NCBI GenBank assembly: GCA_032718475.1
Contig: JAUCBJ010007647.1
Coordinates: 1 to 60,547 of the forward strand
DNA: 60,547 nucleotides
Origin: Nemertoderma westbladi
Lineage: Eukaryota; Animalia; Xenacoelomorpha
Direction of reading: 5' to 3'
Shown: positions 37,682 to 49,127 of the stretch, in pieces
Layout: every line of letters begins with the position of its first letter
How positions within the stretch are numbered: position 1 is the stretch's first letter
Made by a program: the position numbers and the translations under genes
Notes under the pieces: model-generated
What the model saw: the letters and a program-made list of their open reading frames with translations, nothing else
The model's database searches: none
Told to the model about the DNA's origin: nothing

Positions 37682-40375
37682 TCATTTGGATTTTATATTC
37701 GGCGCAACTTTTATAGCTCTCCTTCGCGACCGTCTAGTGGTACTAGAAGGATTAATTGTTCCATTATCCGAAGTGGTACCAACATTACTAATTGTTCCAT
37801 TATCCGAAGTGGTACCAACATTATTAATTGTTCCATTATCCGAAGTGGTACCAACATTATTAATTGTTCCATTATCCGAAGTGGTACCAACATTATTAAT
37901 TGCTCCATTATCCGAAGTGGTACTAGAAGGATTAATTGTTCCATTATCCGAAGTGGTAACAACATTATTTATTGTTCCATTATCCGAAGTGGTACCAACA
38001 TTATTAATTGTTCCATTATCCGAAGTGGTACCAGAATAATTAACTGAACAGACCCTCTCATTAATATGTCTAATCGATTCAATCATAATGTCTGGTATTG
38101 CATTACAAGTAGCTTTAATTCCATTATCACGTTCATTAAAATCAACAAAAGCTCCATTTCCATCCACCTCAACTTCCACAGGAGTTAGGGAAGTACAGTC
38201 TTCCAAATTATTAGCGGCAAAACTAACAGGCGTTAACGAACTGAAGCGCATAACATTGGGATCAAATTCTACACCCGAAGTCGGAAGTGCAATGTCGTAA
38301 TTCGCTTCAGCGTCCTCCAGGTATCCATCTGCGGTCTCTGAAAGGTAACCAACGAGGTGGGAATCATTGAGGAGCAAAGTCTCGTCTATAAGATCGCTGT
38401 GTTGTTGATGAGAAAGAACCTGAATACCTTCTAAGGTACAAGGAGAGGTAACCTTGCTTACTATAAATCCATCGTCTTCCATCGACTCTTCATCGTCTAA
38501 TACAATGCTCGCTTCTATAATGTTATCGAGTTGTTCAATAGGATATTCTGTTAACCGGTTGTGGAGAGGCTGGGAATCTGCCTCTGGGTGCGACTGGGAA
38601 TGGATCCCAGGTTGAACGCATCGACTAGTCGAGGGAACCTCGCCGATTAACTCCGAGTCGCGTTTTATACGACGGTTTCGAACTTTGGTAGCAGCTCGAT
38701 TAAATTGTTCCGACTCGATTATCTCATTGATATCAACCATGGTGTACTTCTTTGGATTCTTCTTGGCTTCGTTCCTCGCTATTTTATCCTCCTCCAGTCG
38801 CCGCTTCTCGTCGGCTTTCTCCTCGGCCCGACGTTCTGCGTGGAGGAATATGTTCTCCTTCCACCGGAACTGCCTCGTGTTGCACACGGCGCCCAGCGCC
38901 GCGTCCACCTTGGAGGGATGAATCTTCTCTTCCCGTTTAAACTTCTTCTTTATATCAGTTCGCGAGCGGCCGGGGATGAGTTTCGTCATGAGGGTGAAGT
39001 CGGTCCCGATATGGGTAAGGGCGAGGTAGAACTGGGCGGTGTCTACGGGTCCCCACCGCACATGGGACATCGGTGCACGGAAGGACTGGTAGGTGGCGGA
39101 TCGAGCGCTGTCCTCGTAAACCTCGTCCATAACGGAGACCGCCGGTTCCGAGACCACGGTCGTCTGCTCGTCCAACACGAGTTTACCGTCATCCGTTAGT
39201 CGAACCTGTATGGAACTTTTAGATTTATCTTTCGGTGTTTCGGGTTTTTCTGTTGTCTGACCGCTTTTATTTGCTTCCCCTGTCATTTTATTCTTTGATT
39301 TTGGTGGCATTTTATTTTTATTAGGTCTGTAATAAATTAGATCCTTCATTTTTATTTTTGATTTATCGAGTGGCGCTAACGGGTCGCCTTGGATGATGAT
39401 GGGTCGGTGGCGTTTCTTTGGCGCGGCTTCCCGCGGCGGCCCGGGGGTTTCCGACCGAGAGGGAATCACCGGGGTGAACGGCGACCGGACTGACATGACG
39501 GAGTGGCGACGAGCCCTTCCCGGGGTCCCCGGACGTCCGGGGGTGGTCGCTCTGCCCGGAGTCCCGGGGCGGCCCGGCGTGAGGGGCTCCGCGAACGCGT
39601 CCATCCGTCGCCCGTCGATCCGACGCCGTGTCGAGTCCGGACCGGAGTCGCTCTCGGTCCAGGACACCGTGCGTTGGCGGATCTTTAGCGGACTCGCCGG
39701 GTTCAAAACTCCGTCGAAAGGCGCCAATCGGCGGTCGCATGTCGTCAATGACGGAACCGGATGTGAGATGACGTTCGTCGAAAAAACGTCGTGTCTAAGA
39801 GTATTCCGCAGTTCCCAAGAATCGGATTGGGGAGGGACATGATCTGTTGGTATCCTCTTATCTACTGCGGAGTATATGGCATACAGGTCGGAACTGGAGG
39901 GAGGGATAACTGTAGACGATGGTTCACTGTAACCGCTGACGACTTGTGATTGGTCTACAGTGTCACTAAAGTCGCAAACGGTAATAGGGGACTGTCTATT
40001 TGTTATAAAACTACCAGTATATTCTGTTGTTTCAGTTTCAGATACAATTACCTTATCTTTAACAGGCTCGCATTCTTTAAAATCATCGTTTATTACTTTA
40101 TTATTTTTGTCATTGTTGCCGTTTTGGTCCAATAATTGTTCAATACAATATCCTTTAGTTTTCGGTGGGCGATCAATATGAATATGAACAGATTTTTCGG
40201 ATGGTTTGGTAGCGGTATCTCTTTCAATACTATCATTATCAACAACTTCTTTAGCAACCGGTACCGCTACCTTTACCTTAGGTGGAGCAGGGATTTTTAC
40301 AGTTGGTTTAATTCTAGAACGGCGACCAAGCGGCGCGGAGGTTGGAGTTGGTGTAATAAATTGTCCATCATCCAT
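37682..40375 (-). CDS. BDP1: TFIIIB B'' subunit (SANT/Myb domain), single exon, 897 aa
   Basis: KMKDLIYY.P..N.M; QVRLTDDGKLVLDE; WGPVDTAQFYLAL..IGTDFTLM..LIPGRSR.DIKKKFKREEK; AATAAA ~25 nt after the stop. Confidence 0.9.
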   Translation of the reverse strand: MDDGQFITPTPTSAPLGRRSRIKPTVKIPAPPKVKVAVPVAKEVVDNDSIERDTATKPSEKSVHIHIDRPPKTKGYCIEQLLDQNGNNDKNNKVINDDFKECEPVKDKVIVSETETTEYTGSFITNRQSPITVCDFSDTVDQSQVVSGYSEPSSTVIPPSSSDLYAIYSAVDKRIPTDHVPPQSDSWELRNTLRHDVFSTNVISHPVPSLTTCDRRLAPFDGVLNPASPLKIRQRTVSWTESDSGPDSTRRRIDGRRMDAFAEPLTPGRPGTPGRATTPGRPGTPGRARRHSVMSVRSPFTPVIPSRSETPGPPREAAPKKRHRPIIIQGDPLAPLDKSKIKMKDLIYYRPNKNKMPPKSKNKMTGEANKSGQTTEKPETPKDKSKSSIQVRLTDDGKLVLDEQTTVVSEPAVSVMDEVYEDSARSATYQSFRAPMSHVRWGPVDTAQFYLALTHIGTDFTLMTKLIPGRSRTDIKKKFKREEKIHPSKVDAALGAVCNTRQFRWKENIFLHAERRAEEKADEKRRLEEDKIARNEAKKNPKKYTMVDINEIIESEQFNRAATKVRNRRIKRDSELIGEVPSTSRCVQPGIHSQSHPEADSQPLHNRLTEYPIEQLDNIIEASIVLDDEESMEDDGFIVSKVTSPCTLEGIQVLSHQQHSDLIDETLLLNDSHLVGYLSETADGYLEDAEANYDIALPTSGVEFDPNVMRFSSLTPVSFAANNLEDCTSLTPVEVEVDGNGAFVDFNERDNGIKATCNAIPDIMIESIRHINERVCSVNYSGTTSDNGTINNVGTTSDNGTINNVVTTSDNGTINPSSTTSDNGAINNVGTTSDNGTINNVGTTSDNGTINNVGTTSDNGTISNVGTTSDNGTINPSSTTRRSRRRAIKVAPNIKSK
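37736..38032 (-). repeat. Coding 36-bp minisatellite (8 units of GTTSDNGTINNV) in the BDP1 C-terminus
   Basis: attgttccattatccgaagtggta unit with a 36-bp period. Confidence 0.92.
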
Positions 40376-41358
40376 TGTAGTACAGTAGTAACAGTGTAAA
40401 ATGTAAATTTGATAGGCCTACGTCAGTACACAGTACCGGTACGTGCAACGTCTTTCTGTCTTTACTTGTTTAGGCCTACTGTTTACCATCATAGTTTAAT
40501 AGTTTAATAGTTTAATAGTTAAAAGGGTGATACGGAAAGTGTATATACTTTTAGCACCCATAATTCACAAATATATCACAATAATAAAGTACTGTTAAAT
40601 TAGTTTGAGACAATATACCGGTATTTGTTTTACGTAGAGTAAGTAAGAAAAGAGGCAAGTAAAATATATTATACTGGCACATTTAAAGCATGCAATACAG
40701 TTAGTTACTATGGAAATACGTCTGTCCGGATTGATTATAAATAGGGCAATAGTACACAGTATGCATGACACATGTAAATCGTAGTGTAGTGTAAAACACG
40801 GGCTGAATAAAATCATTTATAAAAAAAAGTTGCATCAACAGCTCAAAATAAAATAAGGTAGAGTGACGCTAGACAGTGTAACGACTAACGAGTAAAAGGA
40901 AGCATTAAAATAATTAAGATTGGCAAACATATTACAAAAGATATTTATATATATATATACACACTGTTAAATGAGTAAATAAATAAAATAGTCATAATCA
41001 CTGTATGTATGTACATGTACAGTGATTATATTCACCTGCGGTACTGTTTGTATAATAAAATAAATGCATTGACAATAGCATTGTCCAATTTGTAATGACA
41101 CGTACACTTTCGATTTTTTAGAATAGCATGAACTTGAACCATGGTAAAAATTAGTTGTGTTTCACAAGTGACAAAATGATAAGTGATATAAAAAGATAGA
41201 TAGCCTAAAAGGATTAAGAAACGATAAAAATAATTCTCTCCACTCAAAAATTGCTAATATTCACATAATTACATTTCATACAAATTAAATCTTAAATAAA
41301 ATAAATGTTGATATTTGGATGGCGATGGTTAATTAAATTAATTAATTATTATACGGTA

Positions 41359-44286
41359 CTACCACCAGGATGGGGAAAATTTCAATGGCAAATTCTTATA
41401 GTGTTCGTTTAGCCTTGACTTGAATGTGTTTAGAGTCGGCGATGAAACAACAGATTCGGTAAGACTGTTCCAATCGTCGATTACTCGATAGCTAAAGGTG
41501 TCATTACATAATACCAAACGCGCCCGAGGTTTGAATAACTTCAGAGAGTGTCCGCGACGACTGGAAGGATCCAATGTGAAGTAAGTGCGGTAGTCTGCGT
41601 TATCGAGACCGGTCAGCAGTTTATAGACTTGGATCATATCGGCGCGGTGGCGCCGGTATTCCAACGTTGGCAGACCCAACTTACGAAGGCGTGAAGGATA
41701 ATCGAGATCACGGAGACCTGAGACAAGCCGCGTCGCGCGGCGTTGTACTCCTTCGATTAGTTTCGATTCGCCAATTTTTTTTGGAGACCAAACCACAGAT
41801 GAATATTCAAGAATGGGACGAACCATACTCTTATATAACCCAAGAAATATATCGCCATCTATATGATTAAAGCTGCGGTATATAAGACCAAGATGGCTGT
41901 TTGCTTTCTTAACAATGTTGGCGATGTGGATGCTGAAATGTAGATTATTCTGGAAGTAAACACCAAGATCTTTTTCTGTTGTAGTTTCCGCAAGGTGATG
42001 CTGGTTGGTAATATCTCCCAGGGTGTAAGCAAACTTTGGGTTTGTCCTTCCTATGTGCATAATTTTGCATTTGTCATTATTAAATAGCTGCTGCCACACG
42101 ACACTCCATCTGTAAAGGTTGTCAAGATCGTTTTGGAGGGGCCCGCATGTTAGATATGGGGATGGGGTAAATATGGCACTGTCCTTAGTGTCGTCTGCGA
42201 AGAGGTGTATTATCCATGTCACAGCGTCCGGTAGATCGTTAATAAATCCCAGATAGCAAAGAACGCCCAAAATACTCCCTTGAGGTACTCCACTAAGAAC
42301 GGGAACCCATTTGGAGTGAGACCCGCCAACTACAACTCGTTGCCAGCGACCTGTAATAAATGACCTGAGCCATACAAGCAGGGAACCAGAAATCCCCATA
42401 TTCTCCATCTTTTTAAGTAATCTCTGGTGTGGCACAGTGTCAAACGCCTTGAGGAAATCTAGGTATACAACATCTATGCATTTGCCTTCATCCAGGGCCT
42501 TTGCCCACTGGAACACAACATCAATGAGTTGGATTGTGCATGACTTTCCTCTTTGAAATCCATACTGTGCCATGGTTAGCAGAGAGAACTCTTTCCAGAA
42601 AGAGTATAAGTTATTGGCTATGATTCTTTCCATTAGCTTGCAGAGAATCGAGGTCAAGCTAACAGGCCGGTAGTTTATAGGAAGGTAGCGGACTCCACGC
42701 TTGAATATAGGCGTAATATTTGCTTCCTTCCAAGGCTGGGGAACAATGCCGCTTTCCAACGACTTCTGAAAAATAATAGAGAGGGGTAGAGCCAGTACGG
42801 CGATGAGTGTCACTATGAGTATCGGGAAGATTCCATCAGGGCCAGGGGCACCAGATGAGTTTATCTGAGATGCAGCTTGTTCCACCACAGATGGTGTAAA
42901 TTCTACCCAGTTAATTGTTGCTTCTGGAATTGAGGTTGATGTATCAGGAACAGAATGTGTGTCCTCGGTAGTAAAAGTAGAAAAGTATTGTTGATTCAAA
43001 ACTTCTGCTTTGTCAACATTAGATGTTGCTATATTTCCCTGCTTGTCTTTCAAGGAGGCTATTGTGCCGCGAGACTTTGTTTTCGACCGCACAAATTTCC
43101 AGAACTGTTTCGGGTCTTTGCTGGCTGCTAGTGCTACTGAGCGCTCGTAATCTTGTTTGGATTTTTTCACAGCATCATTGCAAATATTTCTCCTTTGTTT
43201 ATATGTGTTGTAGGCAGAAGGTGTATTGGTCCTCCGGAAGGTTCGCCATGCTGATTTCTTCAGGGAAATGAGTTTGCGCACATCCCTGGTCATCCATTTG
43301 GGGTAGTTGTATGAACGGCATTTTTTGACAGGTATATATTTATGTATACAATACTCGAGAGTTTTGTAAAGACATGCACATGCCTCAGTTGTATCCATTG
43401 GTGTTAGGACTTCTATCCAATTGAATGACTGTATATATGTCGCCATTGCATTATAGTTTGCCTTTGATAATACTTTATATTCAGTTACAGGTGATGCTGG
43501 ACTTGAAAGTGTGGTCAGGCTAATCTCGAGGACAACGTGGTCACTAGCTCCAAGAGGGGGTGTGTAGGAAATTTTATCTACCATGTCACGTTCAGATGTT
43601 AGGACTAGGTCTAAGATGCGTGGAATGTTTCCTTCGCGAAAGCGGGTGGGTTGGTCGACATGTTGGCTCAAGTAGTTGTCCTGAAAGCAACAAAGAATTT
43701 CAGATTCCTCTGAATTTGATGTTTGCAAAGTTGTCCACTGTGTCTCAGACATATTAAAGTCACCAACTAATATTATTTGAGTAGGATTATTTTCTTTACA
43801 CAATAAATTAATGGAACTGATTAGCTCTTTATTATTGTCCGGGGTGGAGTTAGGACTACAATAAATACATCCAAATATAACTGTCTCTTTTTTGCCTAGA
43901 TATTGGTAGATGTATTGTATCAAAACAATCTCCGAAAATGTAGTGTATCTCAATCTGATGGTACGTAAGTCCATAGATGTTCCACAATTGTTATTCTTTG
44001 TGTAGATTATGATCCCACGTTGACAAAACGAGTCGTCCAGATTATGATGTTCACTGTTATAACCGTCTAGGGCGTAATCTTTTATACTATATTCAAATAT
44101 TTTGTTTTTCGGTAAAACCTCTGTAATTGCAATAATGTCGGGTTGGAAACTTGCAATTCGTGTTTGCAAATTACTGAGTTTGTTATGTAAGGAATCAGCA
44201 TTAGTATAAAGGATGTTAAGCTGCTTTGTGCCTGCAGCTGAGGCACTTGGGGTATGGATAGTAATGTCAGACCCACCTGAAATCAT
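41359..44286 (-). CDS. CR1 ORF2: APE endonuclease + reverse transcriptase (frame stays open upstream to the ORF1 stop at 44446)
   Basis: YTNADSL, IAITE, VGDFN, LDLVLT, SDH; NYRPVSLTS, YLDFLKAFDTVPH, SGVPQGS, LFADD; CR1-type C-terminus RGHSLKL..FSYRV..WNSL. Confidence 0.95.
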   Translation of the reverse strand: MISGGSDITIHTPSASAAGTKQLNILYTNADSLHNKLSNLQTRIASFQPDIIAITEVLPKNKIFEYSIKDYALDGYNSEHHNLDDSFCQRGIIIYTKNNNCGTSMDLRTIRLRYTTFSEIVLIQYIYQYLGKKETVIFGCIYCSPNSTPDNNKELISSINLLCKENNPTQIILVGDFNMSETQWTTLQTSNSEESEILCCFQDNYLSQHVDQPTRFREGNIPRILDLVLTSERDMVDKISYTPPLGASDHVVLEISLTTLSSPASPVTEYKVLSKANYNAMATYIQSFNWIEVLTPMDTTEACACLYKTLEYCIHKYIPVKKCRSYNYPKWMTRDVRKLISLKKSAWRTFRRTNTPSAYNTYKQRRNICNDAVKKSKQDYERSVALAASKDPKQFWKFVRSKTKSRGTIASLKDKQGNIATSNVDKAEVLNQQYFSTFTTEDTHSVPDTSTSIPEATINWVEFTPSVVEQAASQINSSGAPGPDGIFPILIVTLIAVLALPLSIIFQKSLESGIVPQPWKEANITPIFKRGVRYLPINYRPVSLTSILCKLMERIIANNLYSFWKEFSLLTMAQYGFQRGKSCTIQLIDVVFQWAKALDEGKCIDVVYLDFLKAFDTVPHQRLLKKMENMGISGSLLVWLRSFITGRWQRVVVGGSHSKWVPVLSGVPQGSILGVLCYLGFINDLPDAVTWIIHLFADDTKDSAIFTPSPYLTCGPLQNDLDNLYRWSVVWQQLFNNDKCKIMHIGRTNPKFAYTLGDITNQHHLAETTTEKDLGVYFQNNLHFSIHIANIVKKANSHLGLIYRSFNHIDGDIFLGLYKSMVRPILEYSSVVWSPKKIGESKLIEGVQRRATRLVSGLRDLDYPSRLRKLGLPTLEYRRHRADMIQVYKLLTGLDNADYRTYFTLDPSSRRGHSLKLFKPRARLVLCNDTFSYRVIDDWNSLTESVVSSPTLNTFKSRLNEHYKNLPLKFSPSWW

Positions 44287-44445
44287 GGATGGAGCTGGGT
44301 TAGTGATAGGATTGTATGTATTGGCAGTTGTGGTTGATGATATAGGGGTAGTAGGGAAATTATGACGTGCCAGTTGGGAAAATATATGGGGGTGGGGGTG
44401 GGGTATGGGATGTGTAGGTGTACCATTAGCAGTAGATATTAATTG

Positions 44446-45462
44446 TCAGTCAACCCTATCAACATTGTTGGATAGTGTTGCGGATGGACGATTCTGTAGT
44501 CTACGTCGCTGCCTTTCCTTGTAGGCACGTTCACGATCGAACCTCGAAAGGTCCTTGTCAAAATAATATCGCACAGTAGCTGAATCAGATTCCACTGTGA
44601 ATGATTTCATTTCCAGGACTCTGTAGGCAGTTTCTGATGATTGAAATATTAGTCGTAGAGGACGTGGCTTTCCATCATCTCTTTTCTTCCCCAGGCGGGA
44701 TATCCCATGGTGAGGAAGGGAAGTATGTAAGGTTGATTGTAAGAACTGGTTATCGGAAAGACGTTGGGCTTCAGGAGTAGCTTGAGTATCACCTGGTACA
44801 CCACGAATTATAACATTCTTTTTGCGTTGCTCATTTACAGATATGATTTTCTCTATGCTCTCCAAGGATTGCGTATTAGTAGTAGTGGCCGCTGCACCCT
44901 CAAGTTTCTTTGTTAGATTGCCGATTTGGTCAGCATTTTTCTTGACAATATCAGCCCAAGAGTTATTTTCACTGCAACCGGAACCGAGCCCGCCTCCAAC
45001 AGTTTCAATATTATTTAATTTGTCCTTAACTTCGCAGGTTGTGGCCGCGATTTCATCAATCCGAGACTCTAATTCAATCCGCAAGGAAGACACATCTGAG
45101 GATATATCTTTGCTTTCGGCAGATGCACTATCTGCTGCATTCTGAATTTCCGTGTAGAGCACATCAGACTTACTGGAGTGGGATTCTTGGAGCATCTGAA
45201 GTGCTTGCTGGAGTTTGTTGATGAGTTCAGCAGAGCAGAAACCACACGAGAAAGGCTCATTTATAATATCTGATTTCTTTCGAATCTCAACCTCGGTCCA
45301 TGTGTGAAGACAGATTGTGCATTCAACTTTCACTGTCTCCCATTCTACAGGTCTTGGTTTTAATCTTGGACTTTTGGATTTTATCCCCTGTTTTGTTGAG
45401 GGAGCCATACCACAAGAATCTCGTTGACTAAGGCTAGATCGACGTTGGTTCTGACTGGACAT
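44446..45462 (-). CDS. CR1 ORF1: N-terminal Cys motif, coiled coil, RRM-like C-terminus
   Basis: CTICLHTW...CGFC; heptad region; SWADIVK; RKKNVIIRGVP; RLGK...KPRPL. Confidence 0.85.
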   Translation of the reverse strand: MSSQNQRRSSLSQRDSCGMAPSTKQGIKSKSPRLKPRPVEWETVKVECTICLHTWTEVEIRKKSDIINEPFSCGFCSAELINKLQQALQMLQESHSSKSDVLYTEIQNAADSASAESKDISSDVSSLRIELESRIDEIAATTCEVKDKLNNIETVGGGLGSGCSENNSWADIVKKNADQIGNLTKKLEGAAATTTNTQSLESIEKIISVNEQRKKNVIIRGVPGDTQATPEAQRLSDNQFLQSTLHTSLPHHGISRLGKKRDDGKPRPLRLIFQSSETAYRVLEMKSFTVESDSATVRYYFDKDLSRFDRERAYKERQRRRLQNRPSATLSNNVDRVD

Positions 45463-46319
45463 TATTCCCTATTATGAATAGCAGATGATGTTGTTTCAAC
45501 AATTATAATACAATTGACGAAATGCAGTTGTATATAGCAATATCACAATTCACAATGATGTATGTATTGTATAGTATATAGTTAAGTTTATTAAGTTTAT
45601 AATAATTTAACGTCAGCAAGTATAATTATACCGGTACTGTAGTAGGATTGCTGTACTGACTACTGGACTTGTACAGATTTACAGATTGACAGATTGATAC
45701 AGATTTACAGATGTACAGATTTAGGCTAACTACGAGTCCGAGGACGTAGAATAAAACGTCTGTCCTTATCTGATCTGACGGCATCTGATTCTATAACCAA
45801 TCAGGAGAAAGGGATATAGGTAAATAGCGCGGGTATGAAAGTTGTGTGATTGCCCCAGCAAAGATGGATAGTTTCAGATGTAAACAACTTTCGCAGATTT
45901 AGTTGGTGTTGAAACATTAATAATTTTATTAAAAACAATACAGCCATTCTGCCTTTGCTGCAATAGTTTAGTAATCTTTCTTGTTAATAGTTTATTATTA
46001 TAAAGTTAATTAATTATAATTAATATTATTGAATAATGATACTGTACTTATAATTACTAGTATATTACATAAGGCAGGAAGAGGTACAGTACTTCTGTAC
46101 AGTACTGTACTGCCAAATATGGCGAAACATTTTAACATGCCACATATTGCCCTGATTGCCAGCTGATACAGCGGAGTTTATACCCAAACGATGAAGGAAG
46201 ATGGGAAGGTGGGTGGGAAGGTGGAAATCAATAAACGATGTTGTTACCTTCCAATTGAAGGAAAAGAGCAGGTTACAGCGGCGGCAAATTCTAACCAAAA
46301 CAATAAACGATGTGGTTGA

Positions 46320-48440
46320 AAATCCCACCGCCGAAAAATACAAGTTTCAGAATTCTTATGCAATTTTTACATATTCCATTGAATTCAGAACCCTCACAAA
46401 TCCGTATAACGCAAGAAACCCCATACTCAGATACTTCCGAAAAATACAAGTTTGAGATGTATAGTTGTTAGATAAATATTTATAAACCTCTAAAATGTAA
46501 GATAGGATTACAGTATAAGTTGTCACAATCATTTGAACTGTTTAATGAATTTTCAAAAGTTCTTGCTGGCACCAAATTTTGCACACAGCACCGAAAAATA
46601 AAACGTTGATGATATGCCTGGTGCAATTCATATATATTCCAACGAGACTAGAATGCCTAAAACCCCTATTGCGGAAAAAACAGCTTCATCGTCATCGTGT
46701 CTGCATGGTAACTTCACATAGCGCGCCATTTGGTGGTCTCCGGTGAATGTTTGGATTTGACCTAACCAAATTGGTTTAATACTGTACTGAAGATCCGCAG
46801 TGGGCACATCGGGGCAGGTGTGGGCCATCGGAATCCGACGAGGCAGTGCACATATTGACATTTGGCGTATGTACATTTCTTACAGAAGGGAGCCACTGGG
46901 TTAAGTGTAAAAAACAGCTTCAAATACTCAATTTACAAAATTGAAATATTTCAAAATTTGGGGCTGGCACCAAAATTTGGCACCCGCCGCCAAAAACAAG
47001 ATTAAAATTTCTAGCTTATATTTATATGAATTCCTTTTAGTTAGTAGCGTTAGTTACAGAGATGGGGGGGGGGGGGGGGGGGGTGGTTAAGGGAATACCA
47101 GGGAAACTTCACATGCTGACATGGGCAGAAACTCCAGTGTTCATTTAGCTACCATTTAAGGATGCAAGGCAGGCAGAGATGCCTCGCTAAACCCTTCAAA
47201 GCATTCGTGCCGAAACGAAAACTACTGGCAAAAAACTGCTGACACACCTGGCCTGACATGAACAGCATTACCACCGGCTGACCGGCAAGGCTGACTGCAG
47301 TAATTTCAATTCAAATTCAAGCAATACGTATAATATATCCTTAACCCTATTAACCCTTCAATAATGTGTTTGCGAGGCACACGAGAACCACGGATTAAAA
47401 GGGTCCCGATTACTCTGCAGGAAACCGGAATACAGGCAGCTACATCTGAGGCCTGTATTAAAGTTTAAACAAGTCAACCCATTCACTCCACAATTCTAAT
47501 TCCCTCCACCATTCAACCTTTACTGTAGCTACGGTAGACATACATATTATTTGTTTCTCCATTCAACTTGTGTGTGTATTTTAAGAAGAAGGCGCTGCCC
47601 TTCCCTCTGTTAATATCTATGTCGTAGGAATTTGAATGTTTTTGTTACTATTTTGATTATGTCAACATTACATTTCTTATTCTAGTCTGCTAGTTATAAA
47701 AAATAAAAAAAAAATTAGTACCGGCTATAAAATTTTGTACAAATACCTGGGGGGGGGGGGGTGTCATATTAACCACCCCTCTAAAATCTACTAATTTTAA
47801 CAAAACGTCTGATTTTGTGTTTGTTCGTAGATTTCACAAGTCTGAATCCGACCTAAAAATACTTTTGGTGCTGGTGCAAATATTTTCACCCACCGCCGAA
47901 AAATACAAGTTTAAGAACTCTTATGCAATTTTTACTTATTCCATTGAATTCAGAACCCTCACAAACTCGTATAACGCAAGAAACAAGGTGACACAATCAA
48001 TTGATATGTTTGATGGATTTCAAAATGTGGTGCTAGCACCACATTTTGTACCCACTTCCGAAGAATGTAAGTTTGAGATGTCTAGTCAGATAATTATTAA
48101 TTACATTGAATTCAGAACCGCCATAAACCTCCAAAGTGCGAGAAATAAGTTGTCACAAGCAATTGAACTATTGAATAGATCATTTCGTTTCGAAATTTCG
48201 TGCTGGCACCAAATTTTGCACACAGCGCCGAAAAATTCAAGTTCGATACGCCTGGTCCAACTCGTATATATTCTATCGAAACCAGAAACCCAAAAAACCC
48301 ATATTTCGCAAAAAAAACTGGTTCAAACAATCAATGTATAAAATTGACATATTTCAAAATTTGGTGCTGGCACCAAAATTTGGCACCCGTAGAAAAACAC
48401 AAGTTTGAAATTTATAAATTAATTTATATGAATTCCATCT
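46320..48440. repeat. Degenerate modular repeat family (gctggcaccaaa...ccgccgaaaaatacaagttt) in two blocks
   Basis: 46323-46680 and 46910-47030 are similar to 47890-48440 and are separated by unrelated insertions. Confidence 0.7.
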
Positions 48441-49127
48441 AAGTGCAAACACCAAATAAAGCATATGGGAAATGGGTAGGGGGATTCCCAGCAAAACAGA
48501 AAGAAAAAAAAGAGAAAAGTCAAGCAGGTATAATCCTTCTACAGAATATTATTTTTATGGGGGCTAACAGCCACCCAATGCAAATCTAGCCATATTTTTG
48601 TGAACACCAAAAGAACACATGATGAATTAATTAAAAGGTAACTATTTGTATTTTAAATTATATAAAAAAAAAAAATTTTGGGTTTAGTTAATTTGTGTCC
48701 AGCGCCAAAGCTGGTGCGACGATAGCTGAATCACCCCCTCAAATCCATCAACTGTGTCTGTTTTACATTTTTCGCCTCCATTTTGTTTCGCCCGGGAGCT
48801 TTAGACCCACCCTGACCCCCCGCCGCCCCCCCCCCCCCCTCAGCACGCCACTGGGGTGATTTTACCTATAACAGTATAAAGAGCGGACTGTGGACAAGCA
48901 GACAAGGGACTGTGGACTGTTGTAAATCACAGCCTCAATGAAAATCCAGGCGGTAATTTGAATTATCGCTTTCTAATCCTTTATAATCGTGTGTCCGCTA
49001 ATTGACTAGAGGACTTACAGTGGATCATGAACTTAAAAAATTCGCGCTTAACTCAGAAATTAGCCACTCAGGTAATATGAATCACTTCATTAAATATTAG
49101 CCAATTAGGAGACAACATAGAGAACAA

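Larger units (their letters stand above)
41359..45780 (-). mobile_element. Near full-length CR1-clade LINE (ORF1+ORF2; 3' UTR apparently absent)
   Basis: Two intact ORFs and a 5' leader with (acagatt)n repeats at 45673-45720; exact termini and TSD not found. Confidence 0.88.

Noticed and set aside
47090-47460. GC-richer segment as a possible exon or transposase relic
   Set aside because: No recognisable motif or convincing open frame with splice sites
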